Part shown: in pieces, positions 25,801-34,800 of the stretch
Position numbering within the stretch: the stretch's first letter is position 1
Layout of the letters: every line of letters starts with the position of its first letter
DNA from: Macrostomum lignano
Lineage: Eukaryota
Direction of reading: 5' to 3'
Length of the DNA stretch: 64,000 nucleotides
Assembly: GCA_002269645.1 (NCBI GenBank)
Contig: NIVC01001677.1
Location: forward strand, 187,586 to 251,585
Made by a program: the position numbers and the translations under genes
The notes under the pieces: model-generated
Told to the model about the DNA's origin: nothing
What the model saw: the letters and a program-made list of their open reading frames with translations, nothing else
The model's database searches: none

Positions 25801-28800
25801 GGATTGAACCAGTGGGGGCAAACGAACGGTTTTATTGATCAACCCACAGGGTCGCCTACTCACCGGCGGTCATCAGCTCCGGCTTCGAGAGCACGCCTCC
25901 ATGGTGGCAGCGGGCCAGCAGCGGGCCTCTCTCGCCACCAGCTTGGACTCCATCAAGCAGGCCAAGTCTCTGCCCTGCGTGACCGGCTTGTTCCGCCTGC
26001 TCCCGCAAAGTGCTCGGCCAATCGACGCTCCGGACTACACCAGCGGCTACTATCGCTCTGAGGAGTGCCGGCCAACGGACGCTGAGCTGCGAGTATTTCG
26101 CGAGCACGACAGATACGAGAGCTACCCGGAGACGTTCGCCCCGTTGGTTAACTATGTGCAGAGCCAGGACACTGTGAAAGTGGCCGCCAATGACTATAAC
26201 CAGGTGTGTTGCAACTCTGTTGATTATCCCTGTCACTCTGTTGATTACTCTTGTCACTCTGTTGATTATCCTTGTCACTCTGTTAAATAATCTTGTCACT
26301 CTGTTGATTATCCTTGTCACTTTGTTGATTATCCTTGGCACTCTGTTGATTACTCTTGTCACTCTGTTGATTATCCTTGTCACTCTGTTGATTACTCTTG
26401 TCACTCTGTTGATTATCCTTGTCACTCTGTTGATTACTCTTGTCACTCTGTTGATTACTCTTGTCATCTGTTGATTACTCTTGTCACTCTGTTGATTAAT
26501 CTTGTCACTTTACTGTTCATTGATCTTGTCACTCCACTGTTCATTGATCTTGTCACTCTACTGTTCATTGATCTTGTCACTCTTCTGTTGATTAATCTTG
26601 TCACTCTTTTTGATCAATAATCTTGTCACTCTTCTGTTGATTAATCTTGTCACTCTTTTTGATCAATAATCTTGTCACTCTTTCGATGATTAATCTCGTC
26701 ACTCTTGTCATGATTAATCTTGTCACTCTTGTCATGATTAATCTTGTCACTCTACTGTTGATCAATCTTGTCTCTCTAATAAATATTCTTGATGTTACTC
26801 CAACAAAAGGTGATGGCCTACGTTCCGACTCGAATGGACCCGGCAAGGTGCCTGCCGCCCAACACGGCCCCGAGAGCAATGCCGCAGGAGCTGCACTTTC
26901 ACTATCGGGACTTGTCCGGCGCCTTCGTCCGGCTTGAGGCCGCCTACGGATTGCCGAAGCCAAATTCGGCGGCTTCGGCTGATCTCATTTTTGGCGTTCT
27001 CATGACCATCGTCGGGGCCAAGAAGCTGGAATCCTTGCCTAGCAAAGCTCTGGGCATCGGCTTTGATACCATGGCCGTGTTTGTGCAGTCTGGTAGGGGC
27101 TGGGGTGACCTACTAACCTACAATGTCTAGTAGGGCTGGAGTGACCTACTAACCCTACACTGTCTAGTAGGGCTGGGGTGACCTACTAACCCTACACTGT
27201 CTAGTAGGGCTGGGGTGACTGTCTGGTGGACACTGTCTAGTAGGGTAGGGGTGACTGTCTGGTAGACACTGTCTAGTAGGGTTGGGGTGACTGTCTGGTG
27301 GACACTGTCTAGTAGGGTTGGGGTGACTGTCTGGTAGACACTGTCTAGTAGGGCTGGGGTGGCTGTCTGGTAGACACTGTCTAGTAGGGCTGGGGTGACT
27401 GTCTGGTGGACACTGTCTAGTAGGGTTGGGGTGACTGTCTGGTAGACACTGTCTAGTAGGGTTGGGGTGACTGTCTGGTGGACACTGGCTAGTAGGGTTG
27501 GGGTGACTGTCTGGTGGACACTGTCTAGTAGGGCTTGGGGTGGCTGTCTGGTAGACACTGTCTAGTAGGGCTGAGGCGACTGTCTGGTAGACACTGTCTA
27601 GTAGGGCTGGGGCGACTGTCTGGCAGTGTCTCGTAAGGGACTGCTCAGGGCCAGAAGACTCAGGTAGCCAACCCCACCTCCGCCCCACCCCAGGCGCCGG
27701 CAGGTTCACCCGCCGGGCGGAGCAGCTGAACCCGCGGTCGGACCCAGCCAACACCCTGCTTGTGCAGTTCTTCCGCCTGCCCGGAGTTGCCCATCGCGAC
27801 GGCAAGCTCTTCGAGGGCGAGCAGGAAGTGACGGAGCTGAAGAAAGATCATTTTGTTGCCTGGGCCGTGTGCCCGCTGTTGAACGAGTGAGCAACTTGAT
27901 ATAACTGACTATTTTTGAGTATAAACAAGTGATTATTCAGTAATTTGTTCACCCACTGACTCAGGGAGTACACCTACAATGGCCGTCACCGGGTGCCCGT
28001 GTTCAGCCAGTCCGACTTGCCGCTGACCACCAACAGAGTGCGCACCATCCGCTCTCGGGGCCTGGCTGGCGCGCTCAAGGTTGACGGCGCGCTGGCCACC
28101 CATGTGGTACGCTTGGGGCGATTCTGGGGGGCGATTCTGGGGGGCGATTCTTGGGGGGCGATTCTGGGGGGGGCGATTCTTTGAGGCGATTTTGGGGGGG
28201 CGATTCTTGGAGGCCATTCTTAGGGGTGATTCTTGGGAGGGATTCTTGGGGGGGATTCTCAGGGGGATTCTTAGGGGGATTATTGGGGGGGGATTCTTAG
28301 GAAGATTCCTTGGGGGGATTCTTGGGCGGGGATTCTTGGGGGGTTCTTGGGAGGGGGGTCGAAGCTTGGGAAGGGGCGATTCTTGGGAAGGGGCGATTCT
28401 TGGGAAGGGGCGATTCTTGGGGGGGGGCGATTCTTGGGGGGGCGATTCTTGGGGGGGCGATTCTTGGGGGGCGATTCTTGGAAGGGGCGATTCTTGGGGG
28501 GGGCGCTTCTTGGAAGGGGCGATTCTTGGGAAGGGTCGATTCTTGGGGGGGCGATTCTTGGGGGGGGCGATTCTTGGGAAGGGGCGATTCTTGGGGGCGA
28601 TTCTTGGGAAGGGGCAATTCTTGGGGGCGATTCTTGGGAAGGGGCGATTCTTGGGGGGGGGCGCTTCTTGGAAGGGGCGATTCTTGGGGGGGGGCGATTC
28701 TTGGGAAGGGGTGATTCTTGGGAAGGGTCGATTCTTGGGGGGAGCGATTCTTGTGAAGGGGCGATTCTTAGGGGGGGGCGATTCTTGGGGGGGGGCGATT

Positions 28801-30703
28801 CTTGGGAGGGGCTATTCTTGGGAAGGGGCGATTCTTGGGAAGGGGCGATTCTTGGGAAGGGGCGATTCTTGGGAAGGGGCGATTCTTGGGAAGGGTCGAT
28901 TCTTGGGGGGGGGGAGATTCTTGGGAAGGGGCGATTCTTGGGAAGGGGCGATTCTTGGGGGCGATTCTTGGGAAGGGGCGATTCTTGGGGGCGATTCTTG
29001 GGAAGGGGCTATTCTTGGGAAGGGCTATTCTTGGGAAGGGGCGATTCTTGGGAAGGGGCGATTCTTGGGGGCGATTCTTGGGAAGGGGCGATTCTTGGGG
29101 GCGATTCTTGGGAAGGGGCGATTCTTGGGGGCGATTCTTGGGAAGGGGCGATTCTTGGGAAGGGGCGATTTTCATGGGTAGCAATTTTGGGAGCAATTCT
29201 TGGAGGCGATTGTTGAGGGGGGTGATTTCTCGGGGCGATTTTTCGGTGGGCGATTACCGGAGGTAATTTTTCGTTGGGGTGATTTTCGACGGGCTGAGCG
29301 TAGCGGATTTTTGGCGGAATGATTCCGAAAGAATTCCGGCACTCAGAAAGGATGTTGGCTCTCGGAAGTTCCCAACTAAAATTTATCATTTTTCTGAGCA
29401 AATATTTAACTGCTTTGTGACAACAGGCAACCAGCAGCGCTCTGCTATCGGTGGTCGACGGTCACCTGAGCTACAAGGAGGCTCCAGACAACGCAAAGGT
29501 ATGCGCAGAGCTTCTGGCCTCTCCTTATTGAATTAGCAGTGTAATTAAAACGATTCGAACCCCCGCCCACAAACAGATTCACACCTCTGTTTACGAGCAC
29601 CTGCCCAAGACCACAGCGGCTGACTATCAGCCTGCGATCGACTCTGCTCAACTTGAGCAGTCCAGTTTCGGTCAGAATTGTCAGGAAGCCATCGACAATG
29701 CGATTGTGAGATTCCTGCTGAATATCCTACTGAGCACTCTACCTCTCCCTGCCTCCCACTCTGCACCCTACCTCTCCCTGCCTCCCACTCTGCACCCTAC
29801 CTCTCCCTGCCTCCCACTCTGCACCCTACCTCTCACTGCCTCCCACTCTGCACCCTACCTCTCCCTGCCTCCCACTCTGCACCCTACCTCTCCCTGTCTC
29901 CCTCTCTGCACCCTACCTCTCCCTGCCTCCCACTCTGCACCCTACCTCTCCTTGCCTCCTTCTCTGCATCCTACCTCTCCCTGCTTCCCTCTCTGCATCC
30001 CACCTCTCCCTGCCTACCTCTCCCTGCCTCCCACTCTGCACTCTACCTGTCTCCCTCTCTGCACCCTACCTCTCCCTGCATCCCACTCTGCACCCTACCT
30101 CTCCCTGGCTCCCACTCTGCACCCTACCTCTCCCTGGCTCCCACTCTGCATCCTACCTCTCCCTGCCTCCCACTCTGCACCCTACCTCTCCCTGTCTCCC
30201 TCTCTGCACCCTACCTCTCCCTGTCTCCCTCTCTGCACCCTACCTCTCCCTGTCTCCCTCTCTGCACCCTACCTCTCACTGCCTCCCACTCTGCACCCTA
30301 CCTCTCCCTGCCTCCCACTCTGCACCCTACCTCTCCCTGCCTCCTTCTCTGCACCCTACCTCTCCCTGCCTCCCACTCTGCACCCTACCTCTCCCTGTCT
30401 CCCACTCTGCACCCTACCTCTCCCTGCCTCCCACTCTGCACCCTACCTCTCCCTGGTTCCCACTCTGTATCCTACCTCTCCCTGTCTCCCTCTCTGCACC
30501 CTACCTCTCCCTGCCTCCCACTCTGCACCCTACCTCTCCCTGCCTCCCTCTCACTGCCTCCCACTCTGCACCCTACTCCACCGTCTCCCTGATTAAATAA
30601 GGATAAATTCCCGAACGCTGAGTCCATAATTAACAAATCGTAAACATATTTTCAGAGCGGCACAAAGCGCAATCAGTACCAGCCTCTGTTTGTGCCTGCT
30701 TAA
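2920..30703 (+). CDS. Multi-exon gene: TBC/Rab-GAP-like domain protein with C-terminal C2-like regions (uncharacterised; 5' end uncertain)
   Basis: Exons with GT-AG ends and consistent phases: 2920-3163, 4685-4808, 6864-7038, 11461-11783, 15167-15583, 21125-21398, 21996-22151, 22888-22944, 23459-23624, 24250-24406, 24995-25240, 25850-26203, 26810-27092, 27694(or 27649)-27886, 27965-28106, 29427-29498, 29577-29705, 30656-30703 (TAA). TBC-like motifs: RGRRLPQALRQFVW, FLRKWIGE|GFVGVL..MFYWDQCFL. C2-like beta-rich motifs: PFDVYIDQIRY, LVIRVYTL..VVVGTCVLPIF, LLVQFFRL, FVAWAVCPL. Confidence 0.85.
3183..3697 (+). repeat. Intron 1 minisatellite (core GGCTTTATGAGCCTGATGTCTATGGCCTGGGTGG, ~31-46 bp variants)
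   Basis: Tandem copies start ~20 nt after the donor at 3164. Confidence 0.95.
4281..4397 (+). repeat. 15-bp tandem repeat GTGCTGGCGCCCCTG / GTGCTAAAGCCCCTG
   Basis: About 8 copies in two variant blocks. Confidence 0.9.
5140..5525 (+). repeat. CT-rich low-complexity tandem tract
   Basis: Degenerate CTCTCC/CTCAC units. ORF 4885..5688 is an artefact of this tract. Confidence 0.9.
6285..6812 (+). repeat. 21-bp minisatellite TTAGTTGATTTCGGGTGTGGG (intron 2, 3' end)
   Basis: About 24 copies, some with a GGAT insertion. Ends ~50 nt before the acceptor at 6863. Confidence 0.97.
7095..7752 (+). repeat. 22-bp minisatellite AATGAGGCGCCATGAG(GTGAGC/ATTAGA) (intron 3, 5' end)
   Basis: About 30 copies starting ~55 nt after the donor at 7039. 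Confidence 0.97.
8330..9015 (+). repeat. Purine-rich minisatellite (GAGTAGAGATG..GAGAGTAGATTTT, ~42 bp)
   Basis: Tandem AGAGTAG-based higher-order units. Confidence 0.92.
9800..10352 (+). repeat. TGTACACATG-based minisatellite with higher-order repeats
   Basis: Repeated CTGTACACATGA/GG subunits arranged in longer duplicated blocks. Confidence 0.92.
10935..11427 (+). repeat. 22-bp minisatellite CAGACTCCTATCGCAGACACAA (intron 3, 3' end)
   Basis: About 22 copies ending ~33 nt before the acceptor at 11460. Confidence 0.97.
11860..12335 (+). repeat. Degenerate GGAGAGGTCACT/GGAGGGGTCAAT minisatellite (intron 4)
   Basis: Diverged 12/24-bp units. Confidence 0.85.
12825..13865 (+). repeat. Pyrimidine tract, ~12-bp CTCTTCTCTCCC repeat
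   Basis: About 1 kb of CT-only tandem units. Confidence 0.95.
14465..15060 (+). repeat. Purine-rich 12-bp GGAGGATGGGGA repeat (intron 4, 3' part)
   Basis: Tandem GGAGGATGG units. Confidence 0.93.
15618..16065 (+). repeat. ~50-bp minisatellite CGATACATATCGGTAGTCTACCAGCATACAATTGTTGCTAAAACAAAACT
   Basis: About 9 copies starting ~35 nt after the donor at 15584. Related copies occur at ~20850-20990. Confidence 0.95.
16195..16460 (-). mobile_element. tRNA-derived SINE with a CORE/Meta-like central domain
   Basis: Minus strand: A box TAGCCTAGTGG, B box GGTTCGATTCC, then GTGTCCTTAAGCAAG..CACTTAAC..CAGCTGTAAAATGGGT, similar to SINE central domains. A second copy lies at 52331-52563. Confidence 0.85.
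16868..17097 (-). repeat. 25-bp minisatellite TGGGTCAAGCTGGTCAGGGGCTGAG (last codons and stop of the lectin gene)
   Basis: About 9 copies. The first copy on the minus strand encodes WVKLVRG*. Confidence 0.95.
17074..17823 (-). CDS. Secreted C-type lectin domain + PAN/apple-like domain protein, intronless, nested antisense in intron 5
   Basis: Signal peptide MHLTVLSAIWSAVFLLAIGPVMS. CTLD pattern CPAPF..C..YSW..A..C..GGEL..MWTGL..W..GEP..QNC..D..C..FVCQ. C-terminal Cys pattern SLKACLIRA..C..CCSALYN..ACRL (PAN-like). 249 aa. Confidence 0.85.
   Translation of the reverse strand: MHLTVLSAIWSAVFLLAIGPVMSDQNCPAPFQLHSATRLCLLIESSESYSWCSANRRCDELGGELISSPESIVALLASNLVDNITVDMWTGLTDLGYEVGKNRTGWQRVNGGGEFPRNDSLWCCGEPSDGYQQNCIRFATNRGLGDRACSHLLGFVCQFVKPPAANKSAGYWTPAEFKRTRNDTYYCHEELQPVHSLKACLIRASLCGSRCCSALYNSRLAACRLLQFADAPVDPEIESSPDWVKLVRG
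18290..18670 (+). repeat. 24-bp minisatellite AATTGCACTAGCTGAGACATAGAT (left part)
   Basis: About 16 copies, interrupted at 18672 by a TIR element. Confidence 0.97.
18673..20467. mobile_element. Non-autonomous DNA transposon, ~1.8 kb, 34-bp TIRs (CCCGGCGGTAAAAATCACGTCGAAATGACGTCGA), TA duplication
   Basis: Perfect terminal inverted repeats at 18673-18706 and 20434-20467, with TA on both sides. Subterminal TTCGACGTCGAA repeats. AT-rich interior with no transposase ORF. Confidence 0.9.
20470..20655 (+). repeat. 24-bp minisatellite AATTGCACTAGCTGAGACATAGAT (right part)
   Basis: About 7 copies continuing in register after the transposon. Confidence 0.95.
21405..21958 (+). repeat. 16-bp minisatellite GGGGATTGAGCACTCT filling intron 6
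   Basis: Starts at the donor (GT at 21399) and ends ~37 nt before the acceptor. Confidence 0.97.
22245..22745 (+). repeat. 18-bp minisatellite GGGATCAGGATGGGAAAT in intron 7
   Basis: About 28 copies. Confidence 0.96.
22982..23391 (+). repeat. 35-36-bp minisatellite TGAATGATGGGATCTCTAATTAGGGATTCATACCT in intron 8
   Basis: About 11 copies. Confidence 0.97.
23636..24215 (+). repeat. 12-bp minisatellite ACTCCCCCATTG filling intron 9
   Basis: Starts ~12 nt after the donor and decays toward the acceptor. Confidence 0.96.
24440..24935 (+). repeat. 36-bp minisatellite TTGACCTCAGTATCTAAATAGATTGACTGACCTCAG in intron 10
   Basis: About 13 copies. Confidence 0.96.
25255..25790 (+). repeat. 30-bp minisatellite GAGTGCAGTCTGGTAGGTTCTGGTAGATTT in intron 11
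   Basis: About 14 clean copies followed by degenerate ones. Confidence 0.97.
26212..26770 (+). repeat. 21-bp minisatellite TCTTGTCACTCTGTTGATTAC filling intron 12
   Basis: Starts ~8 nt after the donor and ends ~40 nt before the acceptor. Confidence 0.97.
27086..27625 (+). repeat. 36-bp minisatellite GTCTAGTAGGGCTGGGGTGACTGTCTGGTAGACACT filling intron 13
   Basis: The first unit overlaps the exon 13 donor. About 15 copies. Confidence 0.96.
28113..29290 (+). repeat. G-rich 12/17-bp minisatellite GGGGCGATTCTT(GGGAA) in intron 15
   Basis: Starts 6 nt after the donor. All ORFs over it are artefacts. Confidence 0.97.
29735..30590 (+). repeat. 29-bp minisatellite CCTACCTCTCCCTGCCTCCCACTCTGCAC in intron 17
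   Basis: About 29 copies starting ~30 nt after the donor. Confidence 0.97.
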
Positions 30704-31289
30704 ACCGGGATCAAAGAAGATTGCAGGACATTTGCACTTTGAGTTTCACACTGATTTTAACATTTGTTATACTGATTCACTTCTCTTTACTTCTTTCTCG
30801 CGTCACAGGTCGTTTTTTAACACTTATAATGCACCTTTTTTATATCGCATAATTATTAATGTTTATTTCCAGTTATTTATTTCGATTTTAAATACTTGAT
30901 ATTTAAATACTTTTTTTAAATTACTATCCAGAATCTTCTGTGTATTTTCTGTCAAAATATTCAAAATAGAAAATAAAATAGAAAGCGTGTTGAATTTTCC
31001 GTAACATTTAAAGGTCTGAAACTTGTTAGGTGGTAAAAATATGGAATTTTTTCTTTTAAACATTATTTAATGAGCATTAGCTAGCACGAGAAATAAAAAA
31101 GTTTTCTCGTAATATGAAATAATTTATATCGTTTGCAATAAGTACATTTGAGGTATGAAACAGAAAAAATGAACTAAATAATATTAATAATAAAAATCTT
31201 CATAACAATAAGAAACTGAATAAAGCTAAAATTATGTACAATTGGAATAATTTTATGGTCCACGCGGTTGACAAAACCGTAGCGACTGT

Positions 31290-31700
31290 GACCTTGAAAA
31301 TCCGGGGTGATCATCAATCGTGACCTTGAGAATCTTGGGGATCCCCAATCGTGACCTTGAGAATCTGGGGGAGCTCGCCAATCGTGACCTTTAAGAACTA
31401 TGTGTATCCCTAATCCTGACCTTGAGAATCTTGGGGATCCCCAATCGTGACCTTGAGAATCTGGGTGGAAAGATCACCAATTGTGACCTTAGAGAATCCC
31501 CAGGTCGTGACCTTAAGAATCTTGGGGATCCCCACTCGTGATTTTGAGAATCATTTGGATTCCCAATCGTGACCTTGAGAATCTGGGTGGAAAGATCGCC
31601 AATCGTGACCTTGATAATCATGGATATCCCTAATCCTAACCTTAAGAATCTTGGGGATTCCCAATTGTGACCTTGAGAATCTGGAGGACCCCCAACCGCG
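31290..31700 (+). repeat. ~31-bp minisatellite AATCGTGACCTTGAGAATCTTGGGGATCCCC between convergent 3' ends
   Basis: About 12 diverged copies. Confidence 0.92.
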
Positions 31701-31805
31701 GCCTTGAGAAAACTGGAGCGATCACGAACCGTATGAACAATCCTGGCCGTAAAAACCATTTGGGGCTTGTAACTAAAAACTCTCATGCTTTAAAATATTC
31801 TCAAA

Positions 31806-34800
31806 TCAAAGCGCAGCAGCAGCACCGCTTCGATTCCACCGCCACCCGTCGCCGCGAATTCTCGCATTCCTCGCCCGCATCCGAGCTCTGTGCCGCTGGA
31901 TGCCTCCTTCAACTACTCGATTCAAAGCGGCCAGCTGTGGATTCTTGACACTTCTTGGCGGCCCCCGTCTGGCCGTTGGCTGCCGGGGTCTGGCTGACCA
32001 GCGCAGCTGATTGGCGCCGGTTCCAGCTGCCGTCACCGACATTGGAACAGCAACAGCACCCGCGATCGCGACTGTGTCGTCTTCTACCGCGTCAGCGTCG
32101 TTAGCAACCGTTTCTATAGCAACAGAGTTGACGACTGCTTCGGGCGATACAGTGGCGGTTGACTTCGAGTTGCACAGCAGAATTATGGGCCTGGCGATTG
32201 TGCACCAGCAAATGCAAGACAGCACGGTGGCTGACAGCAGTGCAAGGGAAGCTGCGGTAAGTGCTTGGACAAGCGATGGAGGGGAGCTTGGGACGCTGGC
32301 AGGGGAATTTTGCGGTTCTGATGTTGCCGGCTGGGCTGTTGCTTGTTGCTCCGTTGTTTGTATATTTGGTGTTGCTTTTGACTGTGTTTGCGATGTTTGT
32401 GAGGTTATTGGTTGTGACGTTGGCTGTACTGATGTGAGTTGCAATGCTGTTGAGTGTGCTGTTGTTGGTTGTGCTGTTGTTGGTTGTGCTGTTGTTGGTT
32501 GTGCTGTTGTTGGTTGTGCTGTTGTTGGTTGTGCTGTTGTTGGTTGCGATGTTGTTGGTTGCGATGTTGTTGGTTGTGCTGTTGTTGGTTGCGCTGTTGT
32601 TGGTTGCGATGTTGTTGGTTGTGCTGTTGTTGGTTGCGCTGTTGTTGGTTGCGATGTTGTTGGTTGTGCTGTTGTTGGTTGCGCTGTTGTTGGTTGCGCT
32701 GTTGTTGGTTGTGCTGTTGTTGGTTGTGCTGTTGTTGGTTGAGCTGTTGTTGGTTGTGCTGTTGTTGGTTGTGCTGTTGTTGGTTGCGCTGTTGTTGGTT
32801 GTGCTGTTGTTGGTTGTGCTGTTGTTGGTTGCGATGTTGTTGGTTGCGCTGTTGTTGGTTGCGCTGTTGTTGGTTGCGATGTTGTTGGTTGTGCTGTTGT
32901 TGGTTGTGCTGTTGTTGGTTGAGCTGTTGTTGGTTGTGCTGTTGTTGGTTGTGCTGTTGTTGGTTGCGCTGTTGTTGGTTGTGCTGTTGTTGGTTGTGCT
33001 GTTGTTGGTTGCGATGTTGTTGGTTGCGCTGTTGTTGGTTGTGCTGTTGTTGGTTGCGCTGTTGTTGGTTGCGATGTTGTTGGTTGTGCTGTTGTTGGTT
33101 GCGCTGTTGTTGGTTGTGCTGTTGTTGGTTGTGCTGTTGTTGGTTGTGCTGTTGTTGGTTGTGCTGTTGTTGGTTGTGCTGTTGTTGGTTGTGCTGTTGT
33201 TGGTTGCGCTGTTGTTGGTTGTGCTGTTGTTGGTTGCGATGTTGTTGGTTGTGCTGTTGTTGGTTGCGATGTTGTTGGTTGTGATGTTGTTCGTTGTGAT
33301 GTTGCAGGTTGTGACGTTGTTGGTTGTGATGTCGCTGGTTGTGATGTTGTTGGTTGTGTTGCTGTTGGTTGTGATGTTGCTGGTTGTGATGTTGTTGGTT
33401 GTGTTGTTGTTGGTTGTGATGTTGTTGGTTGTGCTGTTGTTGGTTGTGCTGTTGTTGGTTGTGCTGTTGTTGGTTGTGCTGTTGTTGGTTGTGCTGTTGT
33501 TGGTTGTGCTGTTGTTGGTTGCGCTGTTGTTGGTTGTGCTGTTGTTGGTTGCGATGTTGTTGGTTGTGATGTTGTTCGTTGTGATGTTGCAGGTTGTGAC
33601 GTTGTTGGTTGTGATGTCGCTGGTTGTGATGTTGTTGGTTGTGTTGCTGTTGGTTGTGATGTTGCTGGTTGTGATGTTGTTGGTTGTGTTGTTGTTGGTT
33701 GTGATGTTGTTGGTTGTACTGTTGTTGGTTGTGATGTTGCTGGTTGTGTTGTTGCTGGTTGTGATGTTGGTTGTGATGCTGTTAGTTGCGCTGTTGTTGG
33801 TTGTGCTGTTGTTGGTTGTGATGTTGTTGGTTGTACTGCTGTTAGTTGTGATGTTGGTTGTGATGCTGTTAGTTGCGCTGTTGTTGGTTGTGCTGTTGTT
33901 GGTTGTGATGTTGTTGGTTGTACTGTTGTTGGTTGTGATGTTGCTGGTTGTGATGTTGGTTGTGATGCTGTTAGTTGCGCTGTTGTTGGTTGTGCTGTTG
34001 TTGGTTGTGATGTTGTTGGTTGTACTGTTGTTGGTTGTGTTGTTGCTGGTCGTGATGTTGGTTGGGATGTTGCTGGTTGTGATGTTGGTTGTGATGTTGT
34101 TAGTTGCGCTGTTGTTGGTTGCGGTGTTGTTGATTGTGCTGTTGTTGGTTGTGTTGTTGCTGGTTGTGATGTTGTTGGTTGTGCTGTTGTTGGTTTTGCT
34201 GTTGTTGGTTGTGATGTTGTTGGTTGTGACGTTGTTTGTTGCGCTGTTGTTGGTTGTGATGTTGTTGGTTGTACTGTTGTTGGTTGTCTTGTTATTAATG
34301 TTTGCTTTGTTGTTGGTTGCATGGTTGGTAGTGTCGTCGATTGTTTTGTTGGTTGCATTGTTAACTGTTTGTCAGTTGTTCGCTGCGCTGTTGTTGCTAT
34401 GAGTGTTATCGTTGCTCTTAATTGCTGCGTTATTGTATGTGGATCCGTTGTTCGTGACGTCGTTGATGAATCCGCTGATGCTCCTGATGTTGTTTTTAGA
34501 TTTATCGTTGTTCCTGGCATTGTCAGTCGATTTGTTGTTACCCCTGTTGTTGTCAGTGGATGTGTTGCTGCCCTCGTTGTCGGTGGATCTGTTGTTGACC
34601 TCGTTGTTGTCAGTGGATCTGTTGTTGTCCTCGTTGTTGTCAGTGGATCTGTTGTTGTCCTTGTTGTTGCCAGTGGATCTGTTGTTGACCTCGTTGTTGT
34701 CAGTGGATTTGTTGTTGTCCTCGTTTCTGTCAGTGGATCTGTTGTTGTCCTTGTTGTTGCCAGTGGATCTGTTGTTGTCCTTGTTGTTGCCAGTGGATCT

